Part shown: positions 39,110 to 52,833 of the stretch, in pieces
Numbering within the stretch: position 1 is the first letter of the stretch
How the letters are laid out: each line of letters begins with the position of its first letter
NCBI GenBank assembly: GCA_050084985.1
Contig: JBITNC010000001.1
Location: 197,284,001 to 197,348,000, forward strand
Reading direction: 5' to 3'
Length of the DNA stretch: 64,000 nucleotides
DNA from: Nageia nagi
Lineage: Eukaryota; Plantae; Pinophyta
Translations under genes and position numbers: made by a program
The notes under the pieces: generated by a model
Databases searched by the model: none
What the model saw: the letters and a program-made list of their open reading frames with translations, nothing else
What the model was told of the DNA's origin: nothing

Positions 39110-40144
39110 TATGATGAACCAAAATATTTCTATGCCAAATTACGATGCCAAAAATTTAATAAATTATGCCAAGTCAAGAAATAATGCCAAACACACTTCA
39201 ATTCCTCAAAAATACTCCATTAATAAGTAATAAATGAGATCCAATGAATAATACCTCAATTATATCATCAAATTAGCAAATACAATGTAAAGGATCAAAG
39301 ATAGGCTTGGCATCTAGCTTGAATGGCTAGATCAAGCACTCAAGAATGACAAATATGATCATTGAAAGCTTGGCTTGGCATCTAGCTTGAAGGGATGGAT
39401 CTAGAACTAGGATCTCATACTTAGATATGAAACTAAATAATTAAATCACACTCCCTCAGAAAATCTGGATGCTCTATCAAAGGGCTCTTCCAAACTCCTT
39501 GTACTCTATAAGGATATAAATAATGCAACAAAGACTAAGGGTTTCCATCCTTAGTCAGATGTAGTGAGGTTTTTATCCCACTAAACCCTTTCTTGTAGGT
39601 TTTCATTAACAAGAGACCAAGAGATGACACCATGTAAATCCATTAAGTGAAAATATCAAGTATCATAAAAATAGGCCTTCTAAATGATGTGCCAACCCCT
39701 TTAATAGCTAAATGTCTCACTAGGTGGCCTAGATCTCACCTAGGAATCCATACCAGTTGAGCACCATAAGGAATCATGCATTGGGCCTTAGGATGAGCTT
39801 CATTTCTAGGGGAAATATTAAGCTTGGAACTAAGATTACTCCTCAAGATGTGCACAATCAAGTCATCATACCAAAATCATTAAATGAAATAATAGTAAAT
39901 GACTTTATCTATCCAAGGAGGGTGATGTCTCACTTTGGGGCTCATAATTTTCCTTAAATATGTATCTCTTGGTTACATTAACACCTTAGTAAAAATGTAA
40001 TAAATAAAGTACCTATAACTACATAATCACCCCTAATTTACAAAATCACTCCTAAATTGCTTTATTTCATGCCTAATCCCCCAATGGACCCCACAGATCT
40101 TTACATGCATCAGAAATGCATAGGAGTAAAAAGGGCACATGATA
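39110..40144 (-). mobile_element. Solo LTR of family H
   Basis: TATGATG...CATGATA flanked by ATATC/AGATC; right half matches 41079-41666 and 44062-44761. Confidence 0.78.
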
Positions 40145-41078
40145 AGATCCCTTTTTCATATTTTTATCAAATATCTCAATGTGAGGTGCTAAACAACATT
40201 CTTTAGTGCAAATCATATGCCCTTATTAAGATCAATGAATACAACATGATGGTTGAAAAAGACTTAATGTGAAACCTCATCAAATGTGCTTTTAGTTTCT
40301 AGTGATGTTATTGTTTTGGAGGAAGCATACTCAGTAAATATGATACATATTTGCATATCTAAATAAATATAAATTAGAAAATAAAATGCATACTTATCAC
40401 TACCAATACAATCATGCTTTGGAAAATAAACTTAGCCTTCATCCTTTAGTTTTTGGAACTTCTATTTCATGCATATGGCGATTAGGCCTAGAGTTGATTG
40501 TCAATCATGTAATTTCTAGTAGAGCTAGTTGGAATTCACATGATTGGGAATTGCAATAAATTTTTTTATTTTTTTTATATGGCTGAAACTTTCTTAACTT
40601 TGATGCTCTCCATGGTTTAGACTCTGAGCTTTATGATACTTTAGTTCCTAAAGATCTTTGGTACTGAGAAAACTCAAATAACTTTGGTGCTACCAAATCA
40701 CTATCTTAATTGTTTGGTGCTTCTTCCAAATCACTACTGTGATGATCCTATCAAAGTGATGAAAATTTGATGCCTTCATTGTGTGAGTTCCAAATTCTTA
40801 TTACTATAAAACCTATGCAATTGAAAAACCTTAGCATTGAAGAAACTATTGAGTTTAAGGAGTTTAGATGTTAAAATAACAAAGGTGCTAAGATAGTTAA
40901 ATGGTAAGAAAATGTTTCATCATTGATTTATTGGTTTAAAATAAGACTTTAATCAATACAGAGTGACACCACTTTGATACCAATACCCTACCAAGATCTT
41001 AATTTTGTATGGACCTTCCCAATGTACAATATCCTTCCTTTATAGATAAAAAAACTTGGAAACTTTTATCATTCCAAA
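40145..41078. repeat. Duplicated flank, copy 1 (copy 2 at 44762-45669)
   Basis: Collinear similarity from AGATCCC to ATCATTCCAAA. Confidence 0.92.
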
Positions 41079-44000
41079 ATTTAAGTGTTTCCATCCTTAA
41101 TTAGATCTAGTGAGGTTTTCATCCTACTAAACCCTTATCATGTAGCTTTTCATCCATAAGAGGCCAAGAGATGACTCCATGCACCAAACCAATAAATAGC
41201 TAGACATCTCATTAGGTGGCCTAGATCTCACCTAGGAATCCATGCTAGTGGAGTGCTATAAGTAATCATACATTGGGCATTGGGATAAGGTTCATTTGCA
41301 TCTAAAGATCATCCCAAGATTGGTGCTAGTATTACACCTTAATATGTGAACAATCAATTCATTAGACCACAACCATTAAATAAAATAACACTAAATGATT
41401 TTATATATCCAAAGAGGGTGAAATCCCACTTTGGGGATCATAATTTTCTTTAAATACCCATCACTTGGTTACATTAATGCCTTAGTATAAATTTAATAAA
41501 TAATAAAGAATCTCTAATTACAAAATCATTCATGATTTATAAAATCACTCCTAAATTACTTTATTTCATGCTTAGACATCCCCTAAGGGTGGACATTAAG
41601 CCCTAATGGATCCCATGGATATTTGTGTCCATTAAAAAGTCATAGGAGTAAAAAAGGCACATGAAAAATCCTCCCTTATTAGAATTGTTTGATCCCAAGA
41701 AATTGTAGATCTTAATAGATGTGATTACTTAACTCAAGATTGGGAATTGATTCTTCTAAACATCCTTTGGTGCATCCTCATCATTAATCCATATGCAAGT
41801 TGTAATTTGAGCTATTCCCAAATGTATGGTAGTATCAAGACTCATATTTTTGGTAAATAGTTTCTGAAGTACCATTTTTGCACAACCATATATAAAATCT
41901 ACTTACTCATATTTCCTAAACTTTAGCAAGATCTAGAACACCTTCTTAGCTAGTCTCATATCAACAACCCTTAATGTGTGGGAGATGTTTTTGGAATTAT
42001 TATAAATTAATACCTTTATAATATTAAATAAGATTACCAAGTGTGTCCAAGTGCAACTGTAGGAGTAGAAATACTATCCCCACAATCATCAACATGGTCT
42101 CTTTCATCAACAATCACTTTCCTCATATAATAAATGATATTGAAGAAGATCATTAAGGCATCTTATTCAATAGGTGTTGCCTCCAATGTATGAAAATTCC
42201 CTAATACAACATTTCTATTTGATTTCCTAGTGGCAACATGCATGGCCAACATCCAAATACAAGAATAACATGAAATAATACCAAGAATCATCAAAATAAA
42301 TTTACTAACCAAGTCATACCTCTCCTAATTGGGGTATCCTCATATCCAACCATGGATCCGAAGTATAACATGGGGTATGTGGACTATGGAAGCCATAAAT
42401 CCACCCTATGAGTGTCTTTTCAACCCTATATCATGCCTCTAAACTATCACCTCCAACCTACTAGATGATGCTTAGGGAAAATAATCATTGACTCCCTGCA
42501 AGGTATACTCCTTTCCCTCCACTATAAATCTCATCACTAATTTTTGATAATTGGTATTTATATCTCCTAACTCCTAAATTAAACAACCACTAAACTCATA
42601 GTATTAGATGAGGAATCCTATCTAATGGATAGAAATAGAAATCTTACCTCACCACATAATCTTGAACCTTAATTACAAACTTCTCTACTATTTTTTACAC
42701 CAAGGTGAGCTTTCCATTTGCATTGTTGACATGAAATTCATTAAAATCCTTAGTCTTGATCCCCCTTTTCTTCACAAACTCTTAATTAATGAAGTTGTGC
42801 ATTTCCCCTTGGTCTATCAACACCATGACTTCTTGGTTTTGTGCTTATCCCTTGAATTTGAGAGTGAAGTATTTCGACACATCCCTAAGTAAGGCGATCA
42901 TCCCTCTCACTACATACTTATTGCTAGGCACAAAATGCTCAATGTGGGATTGTCCAAGGTCTAACAACTTTAAATCAAGTTTAAGATCTAACTCATCATC
43001 AACAATAACTTTGATGTAGTGGAATTTCACCTTTCCCAATAAATGATGGCCTCTCTCCTATGGTTTCTTTCATAAGAAATATAAAATTTTCTTCCTTATT
43101 TCATTCCTTATGGTTTCATCCATTCCTCTCTCATGTGTGGTGTTCAGGGGCCTTGTCCTACTAGATTCAACTCCCTCAATGTCTCCCCATGTTGGCATGA
43201 CTAGTCTGATTGGTGGAAGGGCTCTAGCCCTCATCATACTAGGTTCTAGATCTAAGGATATTTTGATAACATCCTTCACCATACCCTAAAGAAGCTCCAT
43301 CAATACTTTACAAAAGGAAGGTCACATTCTTCTTAGAAACTCTAGGCACCATGAATGTAATACATGGAACTCTACCACATAATCTTCTACTAACCCCTTG
43401 TACGTCACTATGGCCAAGTCTTTGATGTAATCATATTCATCTTTTCTATAAAATCAATCCATCATCCTCTACCTAAAAATATCAAATTATATAATGGATC
43501 TATTTAGTTATGCCATTCTACCACCATTCATATGCAATGCCATCTAAGTGTAGGGTTGCTAAATGTATGGTATCTTCTTCTATCATGAGGTTGAGTATGA
43601 AGTAAGTTTAAACCTTTTGCAAGCATACCTAGAGGTATTTTTTTCACTCCTATAAAATGCAAATACTTGCATTCTACTTGGATGCTACTATAAATCTCTC
43701 TTATCTCCTCCAAATGACTAGTTCCCATTAGCCTTCCAACCCAAAAAGTCCAAAAATAAAAAAAGAGACATTATTCTATAATTCTTGGATTTTGAAAGAG
43801 TACTCCCATTATAGTTGATTCAACTTTGTGGGTGAAATTAAGATTGCATTGCTCTCTAATATAGAAATGAACATGGGTTTGCTAGGATGTTGAAGGGGTG
43901 GAGGGGACATCTCCATTTTTTGGCCATCACTCTCTAAGATATTATTCCAAATTGGATCACCTACTCGAGTGGATCTCATACATAATAATGAAGGTCCTCC

Positions 44001-44761
44001 TTCATCCACTATCTTGGTTGACTGAGAGCTCTAAAATATGCCTTCTTGCTACTCAAATCCACCAATGGGCTCCTCCTAACTCCTGGTACTTTGCAAGGAT
44101 AGAAGAAATGCAACAAAGATTAAGGGTTTCCATACTTAGTCAAATCTAGTAAGGTTTTCATCCCACTAAACCCTTCTCATGTAGGTTTTCATCCACAAGA
44201 GACCAAGAGATGACTCCATGCCAATCCTTGAAGTGAAAATATGAATTATGTTACAAATATACCTTCCAAATGATACGCCAAACCCCTAAATAGCTATACA
44301 TCTTATAGGGTGACCTAGATCTCGCCTAGGAATCCATACCAATCGAGTGCCATAAGGAATCATAGGTTCAACTTTGGGGTGAGGTTTATTTACATCTAGG
44401 TATCATCCTAAGCTTGGAACCAAGATTACACCTCTATATGTGTACAATCAAGTTGTTGGACCCAAAACCATTAAATAAAATACTACTAAATGACTTTATC
44501 TATCCAAGGAGGCGACATCCCACTTTAGGGCTCATGATTTTTCTTAAATACCCATTGCTTGGTTACATTAATGCCTTAGTACAAATGCAATAAATAATAA
44601 ATCACCTCTAACTACAAAATCATCTCTAATTTACAAAATCACTCCTAAATTACTTTATTTCATGCTTAGACATCCCCTAAGGATGGACATTAAGGCCCTA
44701 GTGGACCCCATGGGTTTTTATATGCATCAAAAAGGCATTGGAGTAAAAAAGGCACATGATA
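41079..44761 (-). mobile_element. Element H: gag-protease-only LTR element with both LTRs truncated
   Basis: Partial LTRs 41079-41666 and 44062-44761, PPT AATCCTCCCTTA at 41667, PSKPMF gag leader, GKVKFHYIKVI and KYFTLKFKG before the protease; PBS deleted. Confidence 0.82.
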
Positions 44762-45669
44762 AGATCCCCTTTCATATTTTTCTAAAATATCTTAATGTGG
44801 AGTGCCAAACAATATTATTTAGTGCAAATCATATGCCCTTATTAAGATCAATGAATACATAGGATGGTAGAAAAAGACTTAATGTGAAACCTCATCAAAT
44901 GTACTTTCAATTTCTAGTGATGTTATGGTTTTGGAGGAAGGATACTTAGTAAATAATATAATTATTTGCATATCTAACTAAATATAAATTAGAAAACTAA
45001 ATGCATACATGACACTACTAATGCAATCATGCTTTGAAAAATGAACTCAACATTCATCCTTTAGTCTTTGGAACTGTTGTTTCATGCACATGGTGTTTAG
45101 GCCTAGAGTTAATTATCAACCATGTAATTGCCTATAGAACTTGTTAGAGTCACATGATTGGGAATTACATTAATTTTTTTAATTTTTTTTTTTAATGGTT
45201 GAAACATTTTTAACTCTAGTGCTCTACATGTTGTAGACTCTGAGCTCTATGATACTTTAGTGCCTAAATATATATGGTACTGAGAACACTCAAATAACTT
45301 TGGTGCTAGAAAATCACTATTCTAATTCTTTGGTGCTTCCTCCAAAGTCTTATTACTTTGATGCCTTCATGTTTTGAGTTCCAAAGTCTTATTATTGGAA
45401 CATATATGCAATTAAAAAACCTTGACACTCAAGAAACTATTATGTTTAAGGTGGTTAGATGTTAAAATAACTCAGGTGCTAAGATACTTAAATGCTAAGA
45501 AAATATTTCACCATTGATTTATTGGTTAAAGATAATAATTTCATCAATACAAAGTGATACCACTCTACTACTAATACGCTACAAATAAATTAACTTTGTA
45601 TGTACCTTCACAATGTAACAAGATCTTTCCTTTATAGCTCAAAAAATTGGAAACTAGCATCATTCCAAA
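44762..45669. repeat. Duplicated flank, copy 2
   Basis: Collinear with 40145-41078. Confidence 0.92.
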
Positions 45670-48600
45670 GGAAAAGAAACTAAAAAGTTTCCAAGTTGTA
45701 TTTTATATCCATAAATCATCTTCAATTGCACATACACATAATGTTGTATGGATTGAAATTGCTCCATGAATGTGCTTTTTATGCTACTTTGGAATCTCAA
45801 CCTATGATCCATATCTCTCAAATGAAGAATCATAAAGAATGTACAACACATTCTCATTTGTGTCTGTAATGAAAACTTTAATGGAATAATCAGCTCAAAT
45901 TGTTTTTTTCATCAATTGAGGATAAGTATTTCCATCCAAATGTTATCATATTGATGATAAAAATTGATAAATTTGATTCCCTCAAATCTTTTACCATTGA
46001 ATGAGCTTATGTATGGGGTGTATGAGAGTTATATTTAGCATTGGAATAATGCTTATTTGATGAAGAATATAATAGGTTATTGGGTTATGGCTCTTAAACC
46101 TTCTTAAGTACAAGTTGAACTAAGAGAAGATGTGATTACTCTAATTGCTGTACATCACTAGCCAGGATGGAAAGGGGATAATACTCTCCTTTCTTATGAT
46201 TCCATTAAAAAATATGTAGTGGTCATAAAATCAATTTGTAAACATGCATGAGAAAAGTACGAAAAATGGGAAACATTTTAGAATATATCTCAGAGAGAAC
46301 ATCCTGATATGAGGCATTCTTTAGATTGGTTTTGGATAACAAATTCTTTAACATATCCCATTTTTGACTTCTTTATATCCATCCTTATTGAAGAAAGATA
46401 AGTGCAATTATCAGTTGAATATCCCTAATCACAAATACTATGGATTAGAAGTTGTAAGGAAACAAGTTAATGTTATTTCCTATTTTTATGCTATTCCTCC
46501 ATATAAATGGAAATTATTTGAATGATCTCATATTTGAAATTATCTAGCAATTTATCCAATTAATCATATGTAATTACTTTCCAATCTTTAATTCTTATTT
46601 CCATTTTTCTTAAAAATTGAAGTATGCAATCAATAATATCTTCTCCTACTCATTTGTATAGACTTGGGGGAGTTTTGTAATGGATTTTTTTTCAACTATA
46701 CACCCTTTTAAAAGGAAGTCCTACATCTAATTCATAAATTAAAATTTGCACACAAATTTGAAAATAGAAAGAAAATTAAAATGAATGCTATCAAAATGAC
46801 TTGAACAGGCTCAAAAGACTACATGGAGAGTTGTTACATGAGACCACTCATTTAAAAGAACTCAAGGAGTGCAAAGTTGATATCAATTACTATTGGTGTA
46901 GCCTATGAGTATCAAGTTCAAGTTGAATATTATATAGAACTTAATGCTCCTTAATAAAAAATATTACATCAATAGGTGTAACGCATCCACTAATTATCAT
47001 CAACCAAAGCCCTAATTTTTGACCTATTTTTTTTTTTAAATTTTAACACTCAAATGATCTAAGAATGAACTAGGTGATCCCACATGAATTTGATATGTTG
47101 CTAGCTCAACACTCACATGGAAAGATTGGCCAAGAACCCAGGGTAAACAACCCTAATAAATTTTTTTGGTGTTCACTTTTCAACATTCATCCTATTAAAA
47201 AGATGCTTCAAAAGCAACCTCACCATTCCTATTCCACATCCCATGTGCAATAAGATTTTTTATTATGATGTAGTGGTTTTCTACTCAAGGCCCATATCAC
47301 CTGAGAGATCGCACTTCCACTAAGTTAGTCATCATTTTTTGATGATAACTCTTTATCTCATAAGAGTAGTTAACTTGTCTTAGGAAAGCTTCCTTATCAT
47401 CGAGTAGCATCACCTATGGAACAATCATCATATCCCTATCTTCTAACTACAAGTGATATGACTACTAATTATCCTCACCTAGTAATAATAGTTTTTTCAA
47501 TTGCTCTCCCCACCTAACTCACCTATTAGGGAATATGAGTGCTAACCTACCCATAACTATTGACTAGTCCCACCATGTGGTTCGATATCCCTGAGCACAT
47601 AACTTGGGAAGCTATGGATATTAAATAATATCCTTAAGTGGTTGTTTAATATAATATATTTTTAAATGTGTTGACAAAAGAACCACCTATGTCCTACTAA
47701 CCATATACTAATATTTTCAAATAGTGAAGTGGGTATAAGACATATTTTAAGGTTTAAAACCATTGATCCTTACCCAAGAGGAGTACCATGGAAGTCTTAG
47801 TTATAGCTTATGTAGGAAGGCACATATTTTTTTATTTTATTTCATACACATTGTATCACATATACAAATCTACTTTTAAAAAGATCTCTTGAATACATAA
47901 AGTAAAAAGTTATTAGAGAGAATCTTACCTCTATTGCTACAAAAGTAATGTGATACCAAGTGGTCCTCATGTAAAGAATATTCTTTTTGTTTATCATCTA
48001 GCAAGGTAGGTTTACTTGACAAAGGTTCTTCATCGCATTTCTTGCATCCATCCAAAAAGAATTTTGAATGATTCCATTTATCTCATGGGGTCCCATTGAT
48101 ATCCAATTTGATCCCAAGAGTCCCTAAAAATATCCAAATGCTCCTAAATTATCTTTTAGAACTCTAATTCTAAATTAGGATTATTTTCTAATCAATCTAA
48201 TTTTTTAAAATTTTTATTAAAATTATTTACTTCTTTAATTTGTATTACCCATTAATCATTTTCATGAAAGAAATAGTAATTCTTACTTCTAGTAATTTAT
48301 ATAATCAATACTAATTGTAGTATTTGATAACCATAAGTAAATGAAAGCTCATTAAATTACAATACTAATATTTTCTAAAAATTATACAAATAAAAAGTAA
48401 TTTACAATATTCATTAATTAATACCTACTATAATCCATCTATGAAATGTATAAATGAAATTTACTTTCATAAACTTTGAAGCTTTTATAATTTATTACAA
48501 ATAGAGATCATATATTGTACAAAGGTAATTCAAATATAATACAACTCATTTAATCACTAATGAGATATTTTTGACAAATCATACTATTTCATATCCAATG

Positions 48601-49149
48601 AATTTGTAATTAAAATTTGTTTATATCATATGGTTTTGACTATTATATCAACCGTCGAACATCTCCATCAATCTTTATGCAATGAGCATTGAACATTCCC
48701 TTGGATCTTGGTGGTGGATTGAGTACTAGGAGGGAGGAGGATTAGGAAAACCTTTTTTAAACTTGACCATTATGCAAATGAATTTGAATATATACCTTAG
48801 AAGAAATTATCTCCTTTCCTTGGTTAGTATACATTAATCTATTATTTATTAATCCATCTTAAATAATTAAATCATTCATAATAAGATCTTAGATACCTTA
48901 ATAATTAATTAATGAAATGGTACTATTTGAATTATTTTATTAAATATTATACCAATATCATAATCTCAAAACCATAGTTTATTTAATACAAGATTCTAAA
49001 GAGTTTTTGAATTACTTATTTAAAAATATTAAACATACTTATCATCTTATTAGATACTAATTAGTTTAATTGATTAAATTAGATAATAATAAGAAAACAT
49101 ATTTTTATTTCATCATTTTTCTCCATTTTCATATGAATTTAATAATATT

Positions 49150-49869
49150 TTTTTACTAAATATCATATTAGAATTTTAATAAAATTCATGTCAAAATAAA
49201 TTTATTAATATCTAGCTAAAGGTATAAAGAGAAATATTTGACTAGTCTCCTTAAAATATCATAAGATACATAATACAATTTGTACGTGAAATTTTATACC
49301 CCAACATCTAAATAAAAACAAAAGAACATCCCACTTCTTTACTTTTTAAAGAAAAAGACATGGTACCAACCTTTGAAAAAAATAACCACTATGTCTTTTC
49401 AAAGGGTACAACACTTCAATCAATATTTAATGATACTTTATCATTATAATAAATATCATATTAAGAATTTACTAAAATTTAGTTATTTATTAAACTTTAG
49501 CTAAAAGCATAAGGAGAAATATTTGACTAGTCTCTTTAAAATATTATAATATAATTTGTATGTAAAATTTCCACTCCTACATCTAAATAAAAAGAGAATA
49601 ACAAAAGAAAATTCCACTCTTTTATTTTATTTTTTAAAATGACATGGTACCAAATTTTAAATGAAATGACCATTATATCTCTTCAAATGCTACAACACTT
49701 CAATCAATAATTAATTATATGAAACTTTATCAAATATTATAATAAACATCATATTAAGAATTTAAAAAAATTTATGTCAAAATAAATTCATTAAATTTTA
49801 ACTAAAGGCATAAAGGGGAATATTTGTCTAGTCTCTTTAAAATATCATAATACAATTTATACGTGAATT
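49150..49869. repeat. Diverged ~294-bp tandem repeat
   Basis: ATCATATTA...GAAATATTTGACTAGTCTC...GACATGGTAC recurs near 49160, 49455 and 49748. Confidence 0.85.
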
Positions 49870-50963
49870 TTTTTTTTCTATATTTAAATAAAAAAGAATA
49901 ACAAAAGAAAATCCCACTCTTTTACTTTTCAAAGAAAATGACATGGTAACAATCTGTAAATAAAAGAACCACTATGTCTCTACAAATGGTTCAACACTTC
50001 TAACAACCATTAATTCTATGAAGATTTACCAAACATTATGATAAACATCATATTAAATTTCTCAAAATAGAACTACCTTAATAAAAAAAATATAAAAGAA
50101 TGCAGGTTGATTTGAAGAGGAAAGAGAGACTTATTTTCTTCATGTTTTTTTCTATATCTAAATAAAAAAGAATAACAAAAGAAAATCCCACTCTTTTACT
50201 TTTCAAAGAAAATGACATGGTAAGAATCTGTAAATAAAAGAACCACTATGTCTCTACAAATGGTTCAACACTTCTAACAACCATTAATTCTATGAAGATT
50301 TACCAAACATTATGATAAACATCATATTAAATTTCTCAAAATAGAACTACCTTAATAAAAAAATATAAAAGAATGCAGGTTGATTTGAAGAGGAAAGAGA
50401 GACTTATTTTCTTCATGTTTTTTTCTATATCTAAATAAAAAAGAATAACAAAAGAAAATCCCACTCTTTTACTTTTCAAAGAAAATGACATGGTAAGAAT
50501 CTGTAAATAAAAGAACCACTATGTCTCTACAAATGGTTCAACACTTCTAACAACCATTAATTCTATGAAGATTTACCAAACATTATGATAAACATCATAT
50601 TAAATTTGTCAAAATAGAACTACCTTAATAAAAAAATATAAAAGAATGCAGGTTGATTTGAAGAGGAAAGAGAGACTTATTTTCTTCATGTTTTTTTCTA
50701 TATCTAAATAAAAAAGAATAACAAAAGAAAATCCCACTCTTTTACTTTTCAAAGAAAATGACATGGTAACAATCTGTAAATAAAAGAACCACTATGTCTC
50801 TACAAATGGTTCAACACTTCTAACAACCATTAATTCTATGAAGATTTACCAAACATTATGATAAACATCATATTAAATTTCTCAAAATAGAACTACCTTA
50901 ATAAAAAAATATAAAAGAATGCAGGTTGATTTGAAGAGGAAAGAGAGACTTATTTTCTTCATG
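49870..50963. repeat. Four nearly identical 273-274 bp tandem copies
   Basis: GAAAATCCCACTC at 49907, 50181, 50454 and 50727. Confidence 0.97.
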
Positions 50964-52833
50964 TAACTTTGCATCAAGCTTGATAATAACCAAAACAAAA
51001 TGAAAATAGCAAGAGATAGATAGGTAGTTATTGTTAGTATTTTTTCAATGCTTTACTCCTTTATTTATAGGTAAAGGAGCTCAAATGTGTTTAAATGGAT
51101 GTCTCCTCACACTTTCAATAATTTTGGGTTAAGTTTGCTTAAAGTTGGAAATGATGGTAATGGCATTTAATACTTTGGAATCTTTTTCATTAGCTAATAA
51201 TTTAATGCCAACTCTTATCCAAATCTAACATAAAAATACAAAACTAAGTAGGGTAATTTTTCTATTATTTTTCTAGCTATTAAATATCATGTCATACCAC
51301 AAAGAGACCATAGTCTCTATCTAATAGTGTTTTTACTATTAGCCCTATGTGGCAATAATATGGACAGTCTTATTCAACTTTTACCCTATTAAATTTACTT
51401 TTCTAACCTTAGAATAATTTTCAAATTTAACTAAAGGTATATCCCCATTTTCCTTTCATTTTAAAATTTAATTTTTGAAAATACCAAACAAGAGAAAACA
51501 CATCTTTACCTGTAATGATCACTTAGTCCTGTAGAGTAAGGTTAATCCATATAGTTTTGCAAACATATTTTTATCAAGAAATCAATAATCATAATAATTA
51601 TTTTATATGCATCTACATGATTTACAATGGTCATAGGGTGTGTCAGTGAATACGTGCTAATCATTTTCTCCTCTTATCCTTTTGTTCCCATCACCAATTC
51701 TCTTTGGTTCATAGGGTCTTTAGGTTGCTTCTCCACTCTATGACCTATGTCAAAACATCTCAAAGCTAACATCAAATTGTCACAAATGATACATATTCCC
51801 ATATCAAACTTATCATTACCATAGTATTATGCAAACATAATTCATTCAAATTCTCGATGGTACTCAAGGTCAAATAGTGTCTTGAGGTGGGTTGTGATAA
51901 TAGGATCACATGAAAAGTCATGCTATTACCCAATGGTTCTTTGGGTGATATGAAATGTTATTGTACACAATTTCTATATGATACTAGTAATAATTTTCCT
52001 AGTAGGATTTTAGAAATGGCTATTATTGATACTATTAACCCTAATAATGATGCCAAAATTGATAAGGCCACTACAACATAAAATGTGTTTAGTATTAGGG
52101 CATCCATCATACCCCTTTGTTGTTTTTTTAAATTATTTTCCATAAATCTTGATGCTAGGTATGATGCTAATGCACATATTAAAAATGACATCATTTTTTA
52201 CATTTATAGTAGTGTTATCATTGCATCAAAATTTTAAAATTTTATGTCGCTATTTATGGTAATAGGGACATATTCTATAGCATCAATTTATGTGAATATG
52301 GTATTGTCTATAACATATTAATTTGTGTCTATAGTTGCATCAACAAGTTCAAATTTAGTGTCTTTACTTTTGGCTATGAGGTGTCTTGTATAACATCATT
52401 TAGTTTTATATAGGCATCTTCCTTTATGTCATATCTTGTGTCATACATAAAGTTAATTTTATAGCTTTGCAAGTACAAAAAAAGTTTGTTTAACATCATC
52501 AATAGTGTCACATGATAATTATAATTTATTGGTTTGATGTCTTCTCTAGCGTCAGTAATTACGATTATAATTAAAATATTGTAATTGAATATTTTATTTT
52601 ATTTTAAATTAATTAATTCTTATATATTTGTAAATTTTTAATATTGTATTTTAATATTTTTTGATAATATTAATTTCATTTTATTTTATTAAACTAAAAT
52701 GAATTAAATAAATAAATATATATAGTAAATATAAAATTCAAATCAAGGCATAAAATTCAACTAAAAAAGATGTAAATATCAAAATATCAAATGATATCAT
52801 AAATGTAACATAATGCCAAATCATAATATATCA

